Shown here: in pieces, positions 10,250 to 20,657 of the stretch | Numbering within the stretch: the first letter of the stretch is position 1 | How the letters are laid out: each line of letters starts with the position of its first letter | Source: Candidatus Methanomethylophilaceae archaeon | GTDB lineage: Archaea; Thermoplasmatota; Thermoplasmata; Methanomassiliicoccales; Methanomethylophilaceae | DNA: 64,000 nt | Direction of reading: 5' to 3' | Assembly (NCBI GenBank): GCA_050950505.1 | Contig: JBMNHS010000001.1 | Location: forward strand, 288,001 to 352,000 | Notes under the pieces: generated by a model | What the model saw: the letters and a program-made list of their open reading frames with translations, nothing else | Told to the model about the DNA's origin: nothing | The model's database searches: none | Made by a program: the position numbers and the translations under genes

Positions 10250-11371
10250 TTGGCTGAATTCGACACTCTGGATGATTTGGGGTTCATAAACGACAAACAG
10301 TTCGTCTGCAGCTGCTGGGGATTCCTTACCAGAAACAACGGAACACGGGACATCTGCGAACGTTTCATAGGGGACGGGGGGCACTTCTTCGATATCATAT
10401 CCCGGTACGATTCCCTCTGCGCTTATGTTTTGGACCGGGAGGACGGGAGGACGGGAAACACCATGAAAATGATCGCCCCGTTCCTGAAAGCTTACGGTGC
10501 GACGGATCTTCAGGTTCACAACATCAGCGCGGAATCCCTGGAACTCATACCCAAGGCGGGACACACCATGCGTTACGCCCTGAACGTGATGCCGACTTTC
10601 ATCACCACCGGTCTGTACGAACATGACGTGATGAACATCTGTGAAGCGTTGGAAATTCCCATGGGAAATCTTACCTGCACGGATCTGAGCCTGGATTCCC
10701 ACGACATGCCCCGACAGGAGGCCAGAGTCCTCAGGGAAAAAATATCCGAGATATCCGCTCTGAGACTGCCCAGGATCGAATATCCGTTGAACGTTCCGAT
10801 GGAACTTGACGAACTGGACGTGAGAATGCTGAAAGTTATGGACGAAATCGGGGAAACCGTCAATTCCCTGGATTCCGCCGGTACGATTATGAGGTCCATG
10901 TCTTCGATAGGCTCCAACGAAAAAGCGTACACCCTTTTGGAAATCAGAAGAAGAACGTCCATAGAACTGGACGGTACGGCGTACATAGGAAGCGACACTT
11001 CCGATTATCAGGCGATGGAACTGGTAAACGAAAGCGGAGGTCTGGCTCTGTCTTTCAACGGAGAGGATTTTGCGGTTCGGGGAAGCAACATCGCCGTCCT
11101 TTCCAACGATTGCACGGTGGCCGCCGTGATTCTTCAGGAATTTTACAACAGCGGCATCGAAGGCGTGTTGGATCTGGCCGAGAACTGGAACATGGATTAC
11201 ATAGAAAGCAGAAGCTTTTCGGATCCTTACCTGGTGGAGGCCATGCTCAGAGAGAATCCCAAGAAACTCCCCGAAGTCTACGCCGTTAACAAAGGCAATG
11301 TGGACGAAATCGCAAAGAAAAGCGCGGCTTACCGGAAAAAGATACTCGGATTCCGGACAAGATACCCGTGA
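10250..11371 (+). CDS. Conserved hypothetical protein, divergent HAD-like (EhaR-like family)
   Basis: FI.DG..FF.IISRYD, GNTMKMIAPFLKAYG and GGLALSFNG..FAV resemble this archaeal family; TTG start; catalytic Asp motifs altered. Confidence 0.55.
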   Translation: MAEFDTLDDLGFINDKQFVCSCWGFLTRNNGTRDICERFIGDGGHFFDIISRYDSLCAYVLDREDGRTGNTMKMIAPFLKAYGATDLQVHNISAESLELIPKAGHTMRYALNVMPTFITTGLYEHDVMNICEALEIPMGNLTCTDLSLDSHDMPRQEARVLREKISEISALRLPRIEYPLNVPMELDELDVRMLKVMDEIGETVNSLDSAGTIMRSMSSIGSNEKAYTLLEIRRRTSIELDGTAYIGSDTSDYQAMELVNESGGLALSFNGEDFAVRGSNIAVLSNDCTVAAVILQEFYNSGIEGVLDLAENWNMDYIESRSFSDPYLVEAMLRENPKKLPEVYAVNKGNVDEIAKKSAAYRKKILGFRTRYP

Positions 11372-11387
11372 ACCGAAAGAAGTGTAA

Positions 11388-11463
11388 TGGTGCTCCCGTC
11401 GGGATTTGAACCCGAGTGTCGGCCTCGAAAGGGCCGAATGATTGGCCGCTACACTACAGGAGC
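11388..11463 (-). tRNA. tRNA-Glu(TTC)
   Basis: Minus strand GCTCCTG...CGGCC-CTTTCGA-GGCCG...GGTTCAAATCC...CGGGAGCACCA; CCA encoded. Confidence 0.97.
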
Positions 11464-11581
11464 GTACGCCGTCAATAATTGAAGATAGATAAAAAAGTTT
11501 GTATCTTTTTAAGGGTTTTCTTTAATTCTTATCTTAAAAAATGTGAAATCATTAATATAAAGATGCAAGCATAGGTCAGGT

Positions 11582-11911
11582 ATGGCAATGAAAACGGTAC
11601 CGGTCGACGGTGAAGAAGATGTATCGCGTATTCGCATGCCCAACATAAAAGAGGGCGAGATGTTCGGAATAGCCGACCAGCTTTTGGGGGCCTCCAAAAT
11701 CCGCGTGATGTGCGAGGACGGAGTATCCAGAATGGGTCGCATTCCGGGAAAAATCAAAAAACGCATGTGGATCAGGGAAGGAGACCTTTTGATTGTATCC
11801 GTATGGGATTTCCAGCCCGACAAATGCGATATTAAATTCAGATACACAAGAACCCAGGCAATGAACCTCAGCAGAAGGAACAGGATCCCCAAGTCCATTG
11901 ACATATTCTGA
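11582..11911 (+). CDS. eif1a: Translation initiation factor aIF-1A
   Basis: QLLGAS..RVMCEDG..RMGRIPGKIKKRMWIREGD. Confidence 0.96.
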   Translation: MAMKTVPVDGEEDVSRIRMPNIKEGEMFGIADQLLGASKIRVMCEDGVSRMGRIPGKIKKRMWIREGDLLIVSVWDFQPDKCDIKFRYTRTQAMNLSRRNRIPKSIDIF

Positions 11912-11923
11912 GGTTGAAGCGAC

Positions 11924-12706
11924 ATGGCCTCCTACGATGAGATTTACTCCTACATGGAGAAACATGTCGATGCTTTGAAAACAGACCGAACGGGGGATGA
12001 GAGGCAGACCGAGGGCGAAGTCTTCGACAGAAGAACCCTGATGGTTCTCTACAACTTCATGACCTCCGGAATCATCGACACCGTCCAGTACCCCATTTCC
12101 ACCGGCAAGGAAGGAAATGTCTTTTACGCGGAAGATCCGGACGGGGCGCCTTTGGCTCTGAAAATATTCAGAACCTCCACCGCGACTTTCAAAAGAATCG
12201 CAAGATACATCGACGGAGATCCGAGATTCAAAGGGATGACCGGGAACCGGGTCAAAACAATTTATACCTGGACTCAAAAAGAGTTTCAGAATCTTCACCG
12301 TTATGCCAATGCCGGACTGAGGGTGCCGGAACCCGTGGCCCGTGAGAAAAACTGCCTCGTGGAGGAATTCATCGGCGACGGCACGGGTCCCGCGCCTCAG
12401 ATAAAAAACGCCGAACTCGAAAATCCTACGGAAACTTACGAAGAAATAGTGTCCTTCATCGTGAAGGGCTGGAAAGAAGCCCGTTTGGTTCACGGCGATT
12501 TGAGTGAATATAATATACTGATGTCCGATGAAGGCCCGGTGGTAATAGACTGCGGACAGGCGATGGACACCGAATCCTACGGTGCCGTCGAACTTCTTGA
12601 AAGGGACATTGCCAACGTAAACAGATTCTTCGGACTCAGAAACGCGGATGTGTTGGAATCCGAAGAGATAATGAAAATGATATTCGACAAAGAACAGGAG
12701 GAGTGA
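11924..12706 (+). CDS. rio1: RIO1 serine/threonine kinase
   Basis: ISTGKEGNVF, LVHGDLSEYNIL and IDCGQA; conserved aIF1A-rio1-KH order. Confidence 0.95.
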   Translation: MASYDEIYSYMEKHVDALKTDRTGDERQTEGEVFDRRTLMVLYNFMTSGIIDTVQYPISTGKEGNVFYAEDPDGAPLALKIFRTSTATFKRIARYIDGDPRFKGMTGNRVKTIYTWTQKEFQNLHRYANAGLRVPEPVAREKNCLVEEFIGDGTGPAPQIKNAELENPTETYEEIVSFIVKGWKEARLVHGDLSEYNILMSDEGPVVIDCGQAMDTESYGAVELLERDIANVNRFFGLRNADVLESEEIMKMIFDKEQEE

Positions 12707-12709
12707 ATC

Positions 12710-13246
12710 GTGAGAACCGTCAGAATAGCCGCGGACCGGGTCGGCGCGCTTGTGGGAAAATCCGGAGAAACAAAAAAGATGCTGCAGAGAGTGTCGGGTC
12801 TGGAACTTGATATTTCCAAGGACGGGGTCGTTGTCATAAACAGACGCGAAGACGGAGATCCTCTCATGGAACTGAGCCTTGCGGACGTTGTCAAAGCCAT
12901 CGGACGCGGTTTCAATCCCGAAAAAGCCCTGCGGCTTCTGGAAGATGACGAATACCTGGAAATCATAGATTTGAAAGAGTACGTTTCCGACAAACAGATG
13001 ATGAGAGTCAGAGGGAGATTGATCGGAAAGGAAGGAAAAACCAGGAAGATCATCGAAGACCTCACTCTCTGTGACATGATCATCTACGGAAACACCGTGG
13101 GACTCATAGGAAACTCCATAAGCCTCCCGGTGGCAAAACATGCCGTCGACATGCTGATCAACGGCAGCGAACACTCCAGCGTTTACGGGTATCTGGAAGG
13201 CCAGAGGCCCCGACTGAGAATTTCCGAAATGGGATTCGATCTCTGA
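12710..13246 (+). CDS. KH-domain RNA-processing protein (Dim2/Pno1)
   Basis: GALVGKSG, KAIGRGFNPEKA, GRLIGKEGKTR and GSEHSSVY. Confidence 0.93.
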   Translation: MRTVRIAADRVGALVGKSGETKKMLQRVSGLELDISKDGVVVINRREDGDPLMELSLADVVKAIGRGFNPEKALRLLEDDEYLEIIDLKEYVSDKQMMRVRGRLIGKEGKTRKIIEDLTLCDMIIYGNTVGLIGNSISLPVAKHAVDMLINGSEHSSVYGYLEGQRPRLRISEMGFDL

Positions 13247-13256
13247 GGTTTTTGAC

Positions 13257-14492
13257 ATGGACGATTGGGTTTCCGGAAATTTGGACAAAGCCGAAGGGCT
13301 TGCCGAGAAGGGATTGTGCGACCGTTGTTTGGGTCGGATGTTCGGAAAGGAAGGAACGGGCATGACCAACGAAACCCGGGGGATCATGCTCAGGGAAGCG
13401 TTGAAGGAATCCGGTAAAGACCTCCCGGCAAAGAATCCCTGCACTCTGTGCGGGAACGTTTTCGATTTGTTGCCCAGATTCGCTGAAACCGTTGCGGAAG
13501 CCGTGAAGCCTCTGGAAACGGAAAACTTCCTGATAGGCACGAAAGTCGACCCTTTCATAACCGAAGCCGAAAAGAAACTTGTCGAAGAGTTCGGACTTGA
13601 ACACAGCGAGATGATAAAATCCGAGCTGAACAGAGAAATAGGAAAACTGGCCGGCCCCATGATCGGCCGTCCGGTGGAATTCGACGGACCCCATGTGGTT
13701 GCCTGCATAGACACCCGTTTCGCGGACGTGGATTTGGACATCAAGCCTCTTTTCATCGCGGGACGTTACAATAAATTCAGCAGGGAAATCCCTCAGACCA
13801 AATGGCCCTGCAGAGAATGCAGGGGAAGAGGATGCGAACGCTGCAACCACATCGGAAAAATGTATCCCACTTCCGTTCAGGAAATCATCGGAGACATCGC
13901 GTTGGAAATGGCCGGAGGGGAGGAGCACTTCTTCCACGGCATGGGAAGGGAAGACGTGGACGCGCTCATGCTTGAGGACGGGCGTCCCTTCGTCCTGGAA
14001 ATCAGCGGTCCCGTCAAGAGAAGCATAGACCTGAAAGAACTGGAAGAAAGAGCCAACATGTCGGAACTGGCAGGATACAATTCTTTGCACTTCACCGAGC
14101 GGGAAACCGTCAGGGAATACAAAGGCGCCACCCCCGACAAGGTCTATCGCGCACGCGTAAAAGCAAAGAGCAAAGTTAATAAACAGGAACTAATTGATGT
14201 AGCACTGACGTTCAAAGACGTCTGCATCGACCAACGGACCCCAAACAGGGTAATGCACAGACGTGCCGACCTTGTGAGACGGAGAGGAATACGTTGGGTC
14301 GAGGCGGAACCGGTCGACGATTATACCTTCGACCTTACACTTGAGACCGAAGCCGGGACATATGTGAAAGAGTTCGTTTCCGGCGATGAGGGAAGGAGCC
14401 TGCCAAACTTCTCCGACTCTCTCGGGATTCCCTGTGTAGTCAGCGAATTGGACGTGTTGGCAATCAAATATAACAAATCAGAGCGTGAATGA
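13257..14492 (+). CDS. pus10: tRNA pseudouridine(54/55) synthase Pus10
   Basis: [35 protein letters not shown] and GTYVKE. Confidence 0.95.
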   Translation: MDDWVSGNLDKAEGLAEKGLCDRCLGRMFGKEGTGMTNETRGIMLREALKESGKDLPAKNPCTLCGNVFDLLPRFAETVAEAVKPLETENFLIGTKVDPFITEAEKKLVEEFGLEHSEMIKSELNREIGKLAGPMIGRPVEFDGPHVVACIDTRFADVDLDIKPLFIAGRYNKFSREIPQTKWPCRECRGRGCERCNHIGKMYPTSVQEIIGDIALEMAGGEEHFFHGMGREDVDALMLEDGRPFVLEISGPVKRSIDLKELEERANMSELAGYNSLHFTERETVREYKGATPDKVYRARVKAKSKVNKQELIDVALTFKDVCIDQRTPNRVMHRRADLVRRRGIRWVEAEPVDDYTFDLTLETEAGTYVKEFVSGDEGRSLPNFSDSLGIPCVVSELDVLAIKYNKSERE

Positions 14493-14493
14493 G

Positions 14494-14787
14494 ATGAAAG
14501 CATCTAAAGGACCAAGGACGAATACCCGCTACAAGCTCCAGAAGAAACCCAGGAACCGCGGTCTTTCCCCTATCACCAGAGGTCTCCAGACTTTTGAGTC
14601 GGGAGAGAAGGTCAACATAGTTATTGACCCCAGCGTGCACAAAGGAATGCCGTTCTCCAGATTCCACGGTCTCACCGGAGTCGTTATCGGATCCAGAGGG
14701 GCGGCTTACGAAGTAAGCGTCAAAACCGGCGACAAATACAAAACCGTTGTCGCAAGACCCGAACACCTCGTAAGAAACGTGAACTGA
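14494..14787 (+). CDS. rpl21e: 50S ribosomal protein L21e
   Basis: [17 protein letters not shown] and RPEHL. Confidence 0.96.
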   Translation: MKASKGPRTNTRYKLQKKPRNRGLSPITRGLQTFESGEKVNIVIDPSVHKGMPFSRFHGLTGVVIGSRGAAYEVSVKTGDKYKTVVARPEHLVRNVN

Positions 14788-14814
14788 ACGGAGCAATGAC
14801 AGGTGGAATTCAAA

Positions 14815-15132
14815 ATGGCTGAAAAATACGTAAGTCTCGCAGAAGTCGGAGAACTTCTTACCTCCGACAAAGAGGCCAGAGGCCTTCTGGTGGTACAGAA
14901 CGCCGCAATGGAACATGCACAGGCGGTCAGCCGTCTCTCCGCGGAGGATACCAGAAACCTCATCGAAGAGTTGAAGGAAGTTCCCCTTGTCACCGATTTT
15001 ACCGCTGTGAAGATAGCGGATGTGCTGCCGAAGTATCCGGTGGACCTTCGTGCAATATTCTCCAAGGAAAGAGTGGTCTTGGAACCCGAGGACTCCCGCA
15101 CCATCTTGGAGATAGTTGCTAAATACCTGTAA
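14815..15132 (+). CDS. rpo4: RNA polymerase subunit F (Rpo4)
   Basis: YVSLAEV..LL and AVKIADVLP...DLRAIFSKER; L21e-rpo4-DUF655-rsmA order. Confidence 0.9.
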   Translation: MAEKYVSLAEVGELLTSDKEARGLLVVQNAAMEHAQAVSRLSAEDTRNLIEELKEVPLVTDFTAVKIADVLPKYPVDLRAIFSKERVVLEPEDSRTILEIVAKYL

Positions 15133-15156
15133 CTTGGTACGAGAAGGGGGATCACC

Positions 15157-15705
15157 GTGGAAGAATACGTACGCGTTATTGATTATTTACCGCAGGGCAT
15201 ACCCAGCGGAGGCTATTCCAAAAAGGAGCCTGTATGCTTCGGAGTCGGTGAATCCGAATTCAAATTGTTCGAACTTGTGCCCAAAGCGGGAGCCCGGATC
15301 ACCATGGGCGACCGTGTTTACGTGGGAGAGGACAAATCGAAACGCGAACAGATCGACCATATCCGGAAAAGAGTCGGATACGAGGATCTCACAAGCACCG
15401 CACAGTCCGAACTTGAATACGCGGTGGACGACATTGTCAGAGCCAATCCCGGCAGATACATCAGATTCTACAATGAGGCCGGCCCCATAACAATGCGCAA
15501 ACACGCATTGGAAGAACTTCCCGGACTGGGAAAGAAAAGCATGGACGCCATCCTGAAAGAACGGAACGTTGAGAAATTCAAAAGCTTCGAGGACCTTGCG
15601 GAAAGAGTCCCCGTGGTCAAAAATCCTGAAAAACTCATAATTGAAAGAGTCCTGATGGAAATCTCCGAGAACAACCTCAAACGCTATATCTTTGTTTCAA
15701 GATGA
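15157..15705 (+). CDS. DUF655 family putative RNA-binding protein
   Basis: EEY..VIDYLP.G, GE..FKLFE and H.LEELPGLGKK. Confidence 0.9.
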   Translation: MEEYVRVIDYLPQGIPSGGYSKKEPVCFGVGESEFKLFELVPKAGARITMGDRVYVGEDKSKREQIDHIRKRVGYEDLTSTAQSELEYAVDDIVRANPGRYIRFYNEAGPITMRKHALEELPGLGKKSMDAILKERNVEKFKSFEDLAERVPVVKNPEKLIIERVLMEISENNLKRYIFVSR

Positions 15706-16487
15706 AAAATCCGGGGCATCTCATCAGGGAGACCGAACTGGTCCCGAAAAAAGAAAAGGGACAGAACTTTTTGACTGACGGATCCGTGGCCGACCGTCAG
15801 GTGGGTCATGCGGATATTTCCGAAGGGGACAGAATTCTTGAAGTGGGTCCCGGTTTCGGAATACTCACCGAACGCCTGGTCGGAACCGGGGAACTGACCT
15901 GCATAGAGCTTGACGACAAGCTTGCGGAATACATCGGGGACAAATTCGGAGACCGGGTGAGATTGATTCACGGAGACGCCGTGAAAGTGAAATGGCCGGA
16001 ATTTGACGTTTTCGTCAGCAATCTTCCTTACAGCGTTTCAACCCCGATCATATTCAAACTTCTGGAACATGATTTCAGGAAAGCCGTCGTGATGGTCCAG
16101 AAAGAGTTCGCGGACAGAATGGCCGCGGAACCGAACACCAAAGACTATTCGAGGCTGACCGTGGGAATTTATTACAGGGCGGACTGCGAGATTCTTGAAA
16201 AGGTACCGGCCTCCAAATTCAATCCCCGTCCGAAAGTGGATTCCGCCGTGGTATCGCTGACCCCCCGTCCCCCGCCTTTCGAAGTCCTGGACGAAAAACT
16301 GTTTTTTAAAATCGTCAACCTGTGTTTCGGCCAAAGACGGAAAAAAATAGGCACCTCGCTGAAGAAAGCCGGTATCATAGACAAAGACGCGGAACTGCCC
16401 TATCTTGACGAAAGGATTGAAAACCTTACGCCGGAACAGATCGGCGAATTGACGAATGCCGTGACCGCCCATGCGACAAATGTATAA
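15702..16487 (+). CDS. rsmA: 16S rRNA adenine dimethyltransferase
   Basis: GQNFL, EVGPGFG, SNLPY, MVQKEFA and F.P.PKVDS. Confidence 0.96.
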   Translation: MKNPGHLIRETELVPKKEKGQNFLTDGSVADRQVGHADISEGDRILEVGPGFGILTERLVGTGELTCIELDDKLAEYIGDKFGDRVRLIHGDAVKVKWPEFDVFVSNLPYSVSTPIIFKLLEHDFRKAVVMVQKEFADRMAAEPNTKDYSRLTVGIYYRADCEILEKVPASKFNPRPKVDSAVVSLTPRPPPFEVLDEKLFFKIVNLCFGQRRKKIGTSLKKAGIIDKDAELPYLDERIENLTPEQIGELTNAVTAHATNV

Positions 16488-16516
16488 TCTTCCCAAAGAG
16501 ATACAGGGTCGATTCA

Positions 16517-17704
16517 ATGCTTATAGGAATTGTAGGTAAGCCCAACGTGGGCAAATCAACTTTCTTCGGAGCCGCGACCATGGCTTCCGTGGAAATCGCC
16601 AATTATCCTTTCACGACCATAGAGCCCAACAAGGGTGTCGGATACGTCAGATCCGCCTGTCCCTGCAAGGAACTGGGTGTCGAGTGCACCCCTCACAACT
16701 CTTCCTGCAAAGACGGAGTCAGATGGATTCCGGTGGAACTTCTGGATGTTGCGGGATTGGTTCCCGACGCCTGGGACGGAAAAGGACTGGGAAACAAATT
16801 TCTTGACGATCTGAGACAGGCTGACGCTTTGATTAACGTAATAGACGTAAGCGGTTCCACCGACATCGAAGGAAACTCCGTCGACATAGGCACTCACGAC
16901 CCGGTGGAGGACATCACCTTCCTGCAGAAGGAAATCGACCGCTGGATGCTGGAAATCATCAAGAACGGTCTTTCCAGAATAGCAAGACAGGCGAAAATGC
17001 AGGGCACCAAGCCCGAAGTCGTGCTCGCCGACAGACTGGCCGGCCTGAAGGTGACGGAGGGTCAAATCAAAGAAGCAATCAAAGTCACCGAACTTTCCAC
17101 CGATCCTTCGACTTGGAGCGATGATATCCTGCTGCCCTTCTGTACCAGACTCAGGGAAATCGGCAGACCCATGATGGTTGCCATGAACAAATCCGACATC
17201 GCCCCCGCAAAATGCATTGACCGGGTGAAAGAATTCGCCGACCCGGGAGTTCCCACCATGGCGGAAACGGAATTGGCCCTCAAGAAGGCCGCGTCCGGAG
17301 GGCTGATAGATTACGAACCCGGCGACGAAACCTTCGCCGTGAAGGACGGGGTGCAGATAAACGAAGCCCAGAAGAAAGCTTTGGACTTCATGAAAGAAAA
17401 AATTTCCATGCACAAAGGCACCGGGGTTCAGGACTGTCTGGAAACCGCGGCCTTCGATCTGTTGGATCAAATCACCGTTTATCCCGTTGAGGATGAGAAC
17501 AAATTCACCGACCACTTCGGAAGGGTCCTTCCCGACGCTTTCCTGATGAAAAGAGGTTCCACCGCCAAAGATTTGGCTTACAGAGTCCACACCGACCTGG
17601 GGGATAAATTCATCAGAGGCGTGAACGCGAAAACCAAACGCACCGTCGGAGCGGACTACATCCTTCAGGACGGAGACGTCATCAGAATCGTGGCGGACAA
17701 GTGA
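16517..17704 (+). CDS. ychF: YchF/OLA1 family GTPase/ATPase
   Basis: GKPNVGKST, NYPFTTIEPN, DVAGLV and a C-terminal TGS domain. Confidence 0.95.
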   Translation: MLIGIVGKPNVGKSTFFGAATMASVEIANYPFTTIEPNKGVGYVRSACPCKELGVECTPHNSSCKDGVRWIPVELLDVAGLVPDAWDGKGLGNKFLDDLRQADALINVIDVSGSTDIEGNSVDIGTHDPVEDITFLQKEIDRWMLEIIKNGLSRIARQAKMQGTKPEVVLADRLAGLKVTEGQIKEAIKVTELSTDPSTWSDDILLPFCTRLREIGRPMMVAMNKSDIAPAKCIDRVKEFADPGVPTMAETELALKKAASGGLIDYEPGDETFAVKDGVQINEAQKKALDFMKEKISMHKGTGVQDCLETAAFDLLDQITVYPVEDENKFTDHFGRVLPDAFLMKRGSTAKDLAYRVHTDLGDKFIRGVNAKTKRTVGADYILQDGDVIRIVADK

Positions 17705-20124
17705 TGAAAATGAACAACTGGGACGTCAGACTTTTTGCCGCTTCCTACAAACAGGAAGGCGAAGAAATGGTTATGGAAATGTTCGGAAAAACCCGCGAGG
17801 GAAAATCCGTAACAATCCTGTCCCGGGGATTCAGACCTTACTTTTTCATCGTTGAACCGAACTCCGAAATAGAAGGATACCACAAACGGGATTCCGACGT
17901 TCTGTCCGTCGAACACGACGAGTTGCTTTTGGGGGGCGTCATGAAAAAGGTGCTGAAAGTCACCATCAAGTACCCTTACAAAATGACGGAATACAGAAAC
18001 CGGGTCAAAAGAGAAGGTTTCGAAGTTCTTTCCGCGGATATTCCCTTCCACCTCAGATTCATTTACGATTTGGATCTGGGAGCCTGTCTCAAAGTCATCG
18101 GAAAAGAAATCAAAGGGGAATACTGCACCGATCTTACCGTCGAAATGGAAAGCCATGAAGATTTGGAGCCTTTCACGCCCCCTCTCAAAATAATGTCTTT
18201 CGATTTGGAAAACAGCGTGGAACACGATTATCTTTACTGTATCTGCGCGGTGATTTCCGAGGGGGATGAGCTCCGGGAGTGCAAACCGATCACGGGGACC
18301 GAAAAGGAAATCATAACCGAATTCGGAGAACTGATACGTTCCGAAGATCCCGACGTGATAACGGGATACAACATAGACAATTACGACATAAGGAAAATCA
18401 AGGAACGCGCGGACGCCATAAAGTTCGCCGATGGGATGCCTTGGGGGCGCGACGGCAGTCAGCCCCGCCTGATAAGCGACCGATTCTGGAGAATAAAAGG
18501 ACGGTTGGTGATTGATGCCTGGTGGGCGGTCAAACGCGAGATAAGGCCCAAACAGGAAACCCTCAACGCGGTTTCCATGCAACTCTTCGGTGAAGGGAAA
18601 CTTGACGTGGACCCCGCCGACATGGACCGTCAATGGAAGGAAAACCGGGAAGGTGTCATAAAATACTGCATGAAAGACGCGGAATTGGCATACCGCATTC
18701 TGGACGAAATAGAGTCCGTGCGCAAAAACATGGATCTTGCCGCGGTTTCCAAACTTCCGGTCGAGGACGTTCTGACTTCGGGTTCGTCGCAGCTTGCAGA
18801 TTCTTTGGTCATACGTCTGGCCGACCGAAGCAAAGTCGCCGTCCCCAACATGGGAGGGCGGAGGGCGGGAGCGGATCAGATCGAAGGCGGTTACGTGCAC
18901 ACCATGAAACCCGGTCTGTATCACTGGGTGGTGGTTCTGGACTTCAAATCCATGTATCCTTCCCTGATTATTTCCAAGAACATATGTTTCACCACTCTGT
19001 CCGAGGACGGGGAAATAATAAGTCCCTCCGGCGCAAGATTCATGTCCAAAGAGAGAAGGGAAGGTCTGCTGCCCGCAATTCTTTCGGACCTCATGAACTA
19101 CAGGGACAGCATAAAAAACTCGATGAAACTCGCACATGACGATCACGAGTACCAGTACCTCAACGGTCTGCAGGAAGCCGTGAAAATCCTGATGAACACG
19201 TTCTACGGGGTGTTCGCTTCCTCATTCTACAGATTTACCAACAAGAACATCGGGGCCGCGATAACAGCCTTCGCGAGAGGAAACGTGAAGGGAATAATCA
19301 GTGAAGCCGAAGCCGACGGGATAGACGTAATTTATTCCGATACCGACTCGGTGTTCGTACAGTCTCCCGAGAACAACCTGGAAGGTTCCGTGAAATTCGG
19401 AATGTCGTTGGCGGAACGGTTCTCCACCGACGAAGGCGTTCTGGAATTTGAAAAACTCATCGAACCCCTGTTCTCCCACGGAAAGAAGAAACGTTACGTG
19501 GGGCGGGTCGTGTGGCCGGTCAAAGAAGAGGATCTTCTGGTCAGGGGCTACGAAATACGCCGTTCGGATTCTTTCGACCTGCAGAGCGAACTGTTGGAAG
19601 AACTGTTCGAGAAAATTCTTGACGAAGACAACGAAGGTGCCGTGGCTTACGTGAGGAAAACCGTACAGAACACCCTGAACGGCGAGGTGGATCCGAAAGA
19701 GCTGGTGATTTCCAGAACCTGCAAAGGAATGGACGCTTATGTGAATCCCGAAAGGATGGCCAACGTGCAGGCGGCCCGCAAAATGGTCAAACTCGGATAC
19801 GACTTCATTCCGGGAATGAAGGTTTCGTGGATCGTCACCGACGGTTCCGTCGTCCCCCAGAAGGTCGAGCCTTTCATCAGCGGCAAAAAATTTGAACACC
19901 GGCCGGACTACAGATACTACGCCGGAAGACTGGCGCAAACGGCGTCCAGGATCACGGAAGTCTTCGGATGGACCGAAAAGGACCTTATGCTGGGAAGCCG
20001 GCAGTTTACTTTCGACATGGATTTCGATTCCGACGATTCACCCGAGGAAGATGGAAAACAGATCGAAGTCAAAAAGAAAGGTCCCAAAAAAATCAAAGGG
20101 ACCAGTCTGAAAGACTTCTTCTGA
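17704..20124 (+). CDS. polB: Family B DNA polymerase (no intein)
   Basis: Exonuclease FDLE, GYNIDNYD and YCMKD; polymerase DFKSMYPS, KILMNTFYG, YSDTDS and KKRY. Confidence 0.97.
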   Translation: MKMNNWDVRLFAASYKQEGEEMVMEMFGKTREGKSVTILSRGFRPYFFIVEPNSEIEGYHKRDSDVLSVEHDELLLGGVMKKVLKVTIKYPYKMTEYRNRVKREGFEVLSADIPFHLRFIYDLDLGACLKVIGKEIKGEYCTDLTVEMESHEDLEPFTPPLKIMSFDLENSVEHDYLYCICAVISEGDELRECKPITGTEKEIITEFGELIRSEDPDVITGYNIDNYDIRKIKERADAIKFADGMPWGRDGSQPRLISDRFWRIKGRLVIDAWWAVKREIRPKQETLNAVSMQLFGEGKLDVDPADMDRQWKENREGVIKYCMKDAELAYRILDEIESVRKNMDLAAVSKLPVEDVLTSGSSQLADSLVIRLADRSKVAVPNMGGRRAGADQIEGGYVHTMKPGLYHWVVVLDFKSMYPSLIISKNICFTTLSEDGEIISPSGARFMSKERREGLLPAILSDLMNYRDSIKNSMKLAHDDHEYQYLNGLQEAVKILMNTFYGVFASSFYRFTNKNIGAAITAFARGNVKGIISEAEADGIDVIYSDTDSVFVQSPENNLEGSVKFGMSLAERFSTDEGVLEFEKLIEPLFSHGKKKRYVGRVVWPVKEEDLLVRGYEIRRSDSFDLQSELLEELFEKILDEDNEGAVAYVRKTVQNTLNGEVDPKELVISRTCKGMDAYVNPERMANVQAARKMVKLGYDFIPGMKVSWIVTDGSVVPQKVEPFISGKKFEHRPDYRYYAGRLAQTASRITEVFGWTEKDLMLGSRQFTFDMDFDSDDSPEEDGKQIEVKKKGPKKIKGTSLKDFF

Positions 20125-20143
20125 TGTTTAAATGAAGGGCGTA

Positions 20144-20503
20144 TCAGAACAGCACGTAGACCGCAAAGAACGCCGCGGACAGCAACACCGCCGCCATGCA
20201 CAGCATCATACGGAGCAGATAGTTTCCTTCAAGGTTCCGTTGAACGTACGCTACGGACACTCCCCGGATTCCCGCGATGAGGCCCAAAGCCGGAACGAAT
20301 ATCCCTATGGGGTCGTCAATCAGACCCGCATACATCCCGAAAAAGGAAAAACCCGCACCCACCAATATTCCGAACATACCTAAGAAATAAGGTTCCGGAG
20401 ATGCTTTTGCGTCGTCTTTCGTTGCGGTGTGATCGACACCGCAGGCAGGACAGACGAGAGCATTTTCCGGCACTTCAAAGCCACAATGGGCACAGTTCGG
20501 CAT
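20144..20503 (-). CDS. Zinc-ribbon membrane protein
   Basis: CAHCG...CPACG followed by about three hydrophobic helices. Confidence 0.7.
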   Translation of the reverse strand: MPNCAHCGFEVPENALVCPACGVDHTATKDDAKASPEPYFLGMFGILVGAGFSFFGMYAGLIDDPIGIFVPALGLIAGIRGVSVAYVQRNLEGNYLLRMMLCMAAVLLSAAFFAVYVLF

Positions 20504-20571
20504 GAGGTATGAATTTTGTAATAGAGATAAAATGATTTGTAATGAAAAACCGCATAGTCAATGATTAAATA

Positions 20572-20628
20572 CTGAACCACAATCAGGACAGATACGGAGC
20601 ATTATAGGCTCTGCGGAAATGTGCCCGT
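20572..20628 (+). promoter_or_regulatory. Candidate structured 5' leader of rpl15e
   Basis: CTGAACCACA...GGAAATGTGCCCGT enclosing hairpin CGGAGC/GCTCTG, upstream of the GGTGAT RBS. Confidence 0.4.
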
Positions 20629-20657
20629 AACAAGGTGAATCCGGAATGGTGATACAA

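Noticed and set aside
11576-13756. 726-aa antisense ORF spanning four genes
   Set aside because: eif1a, rio1 and the KH gene share one frame, so their shadow frames join; no motifs
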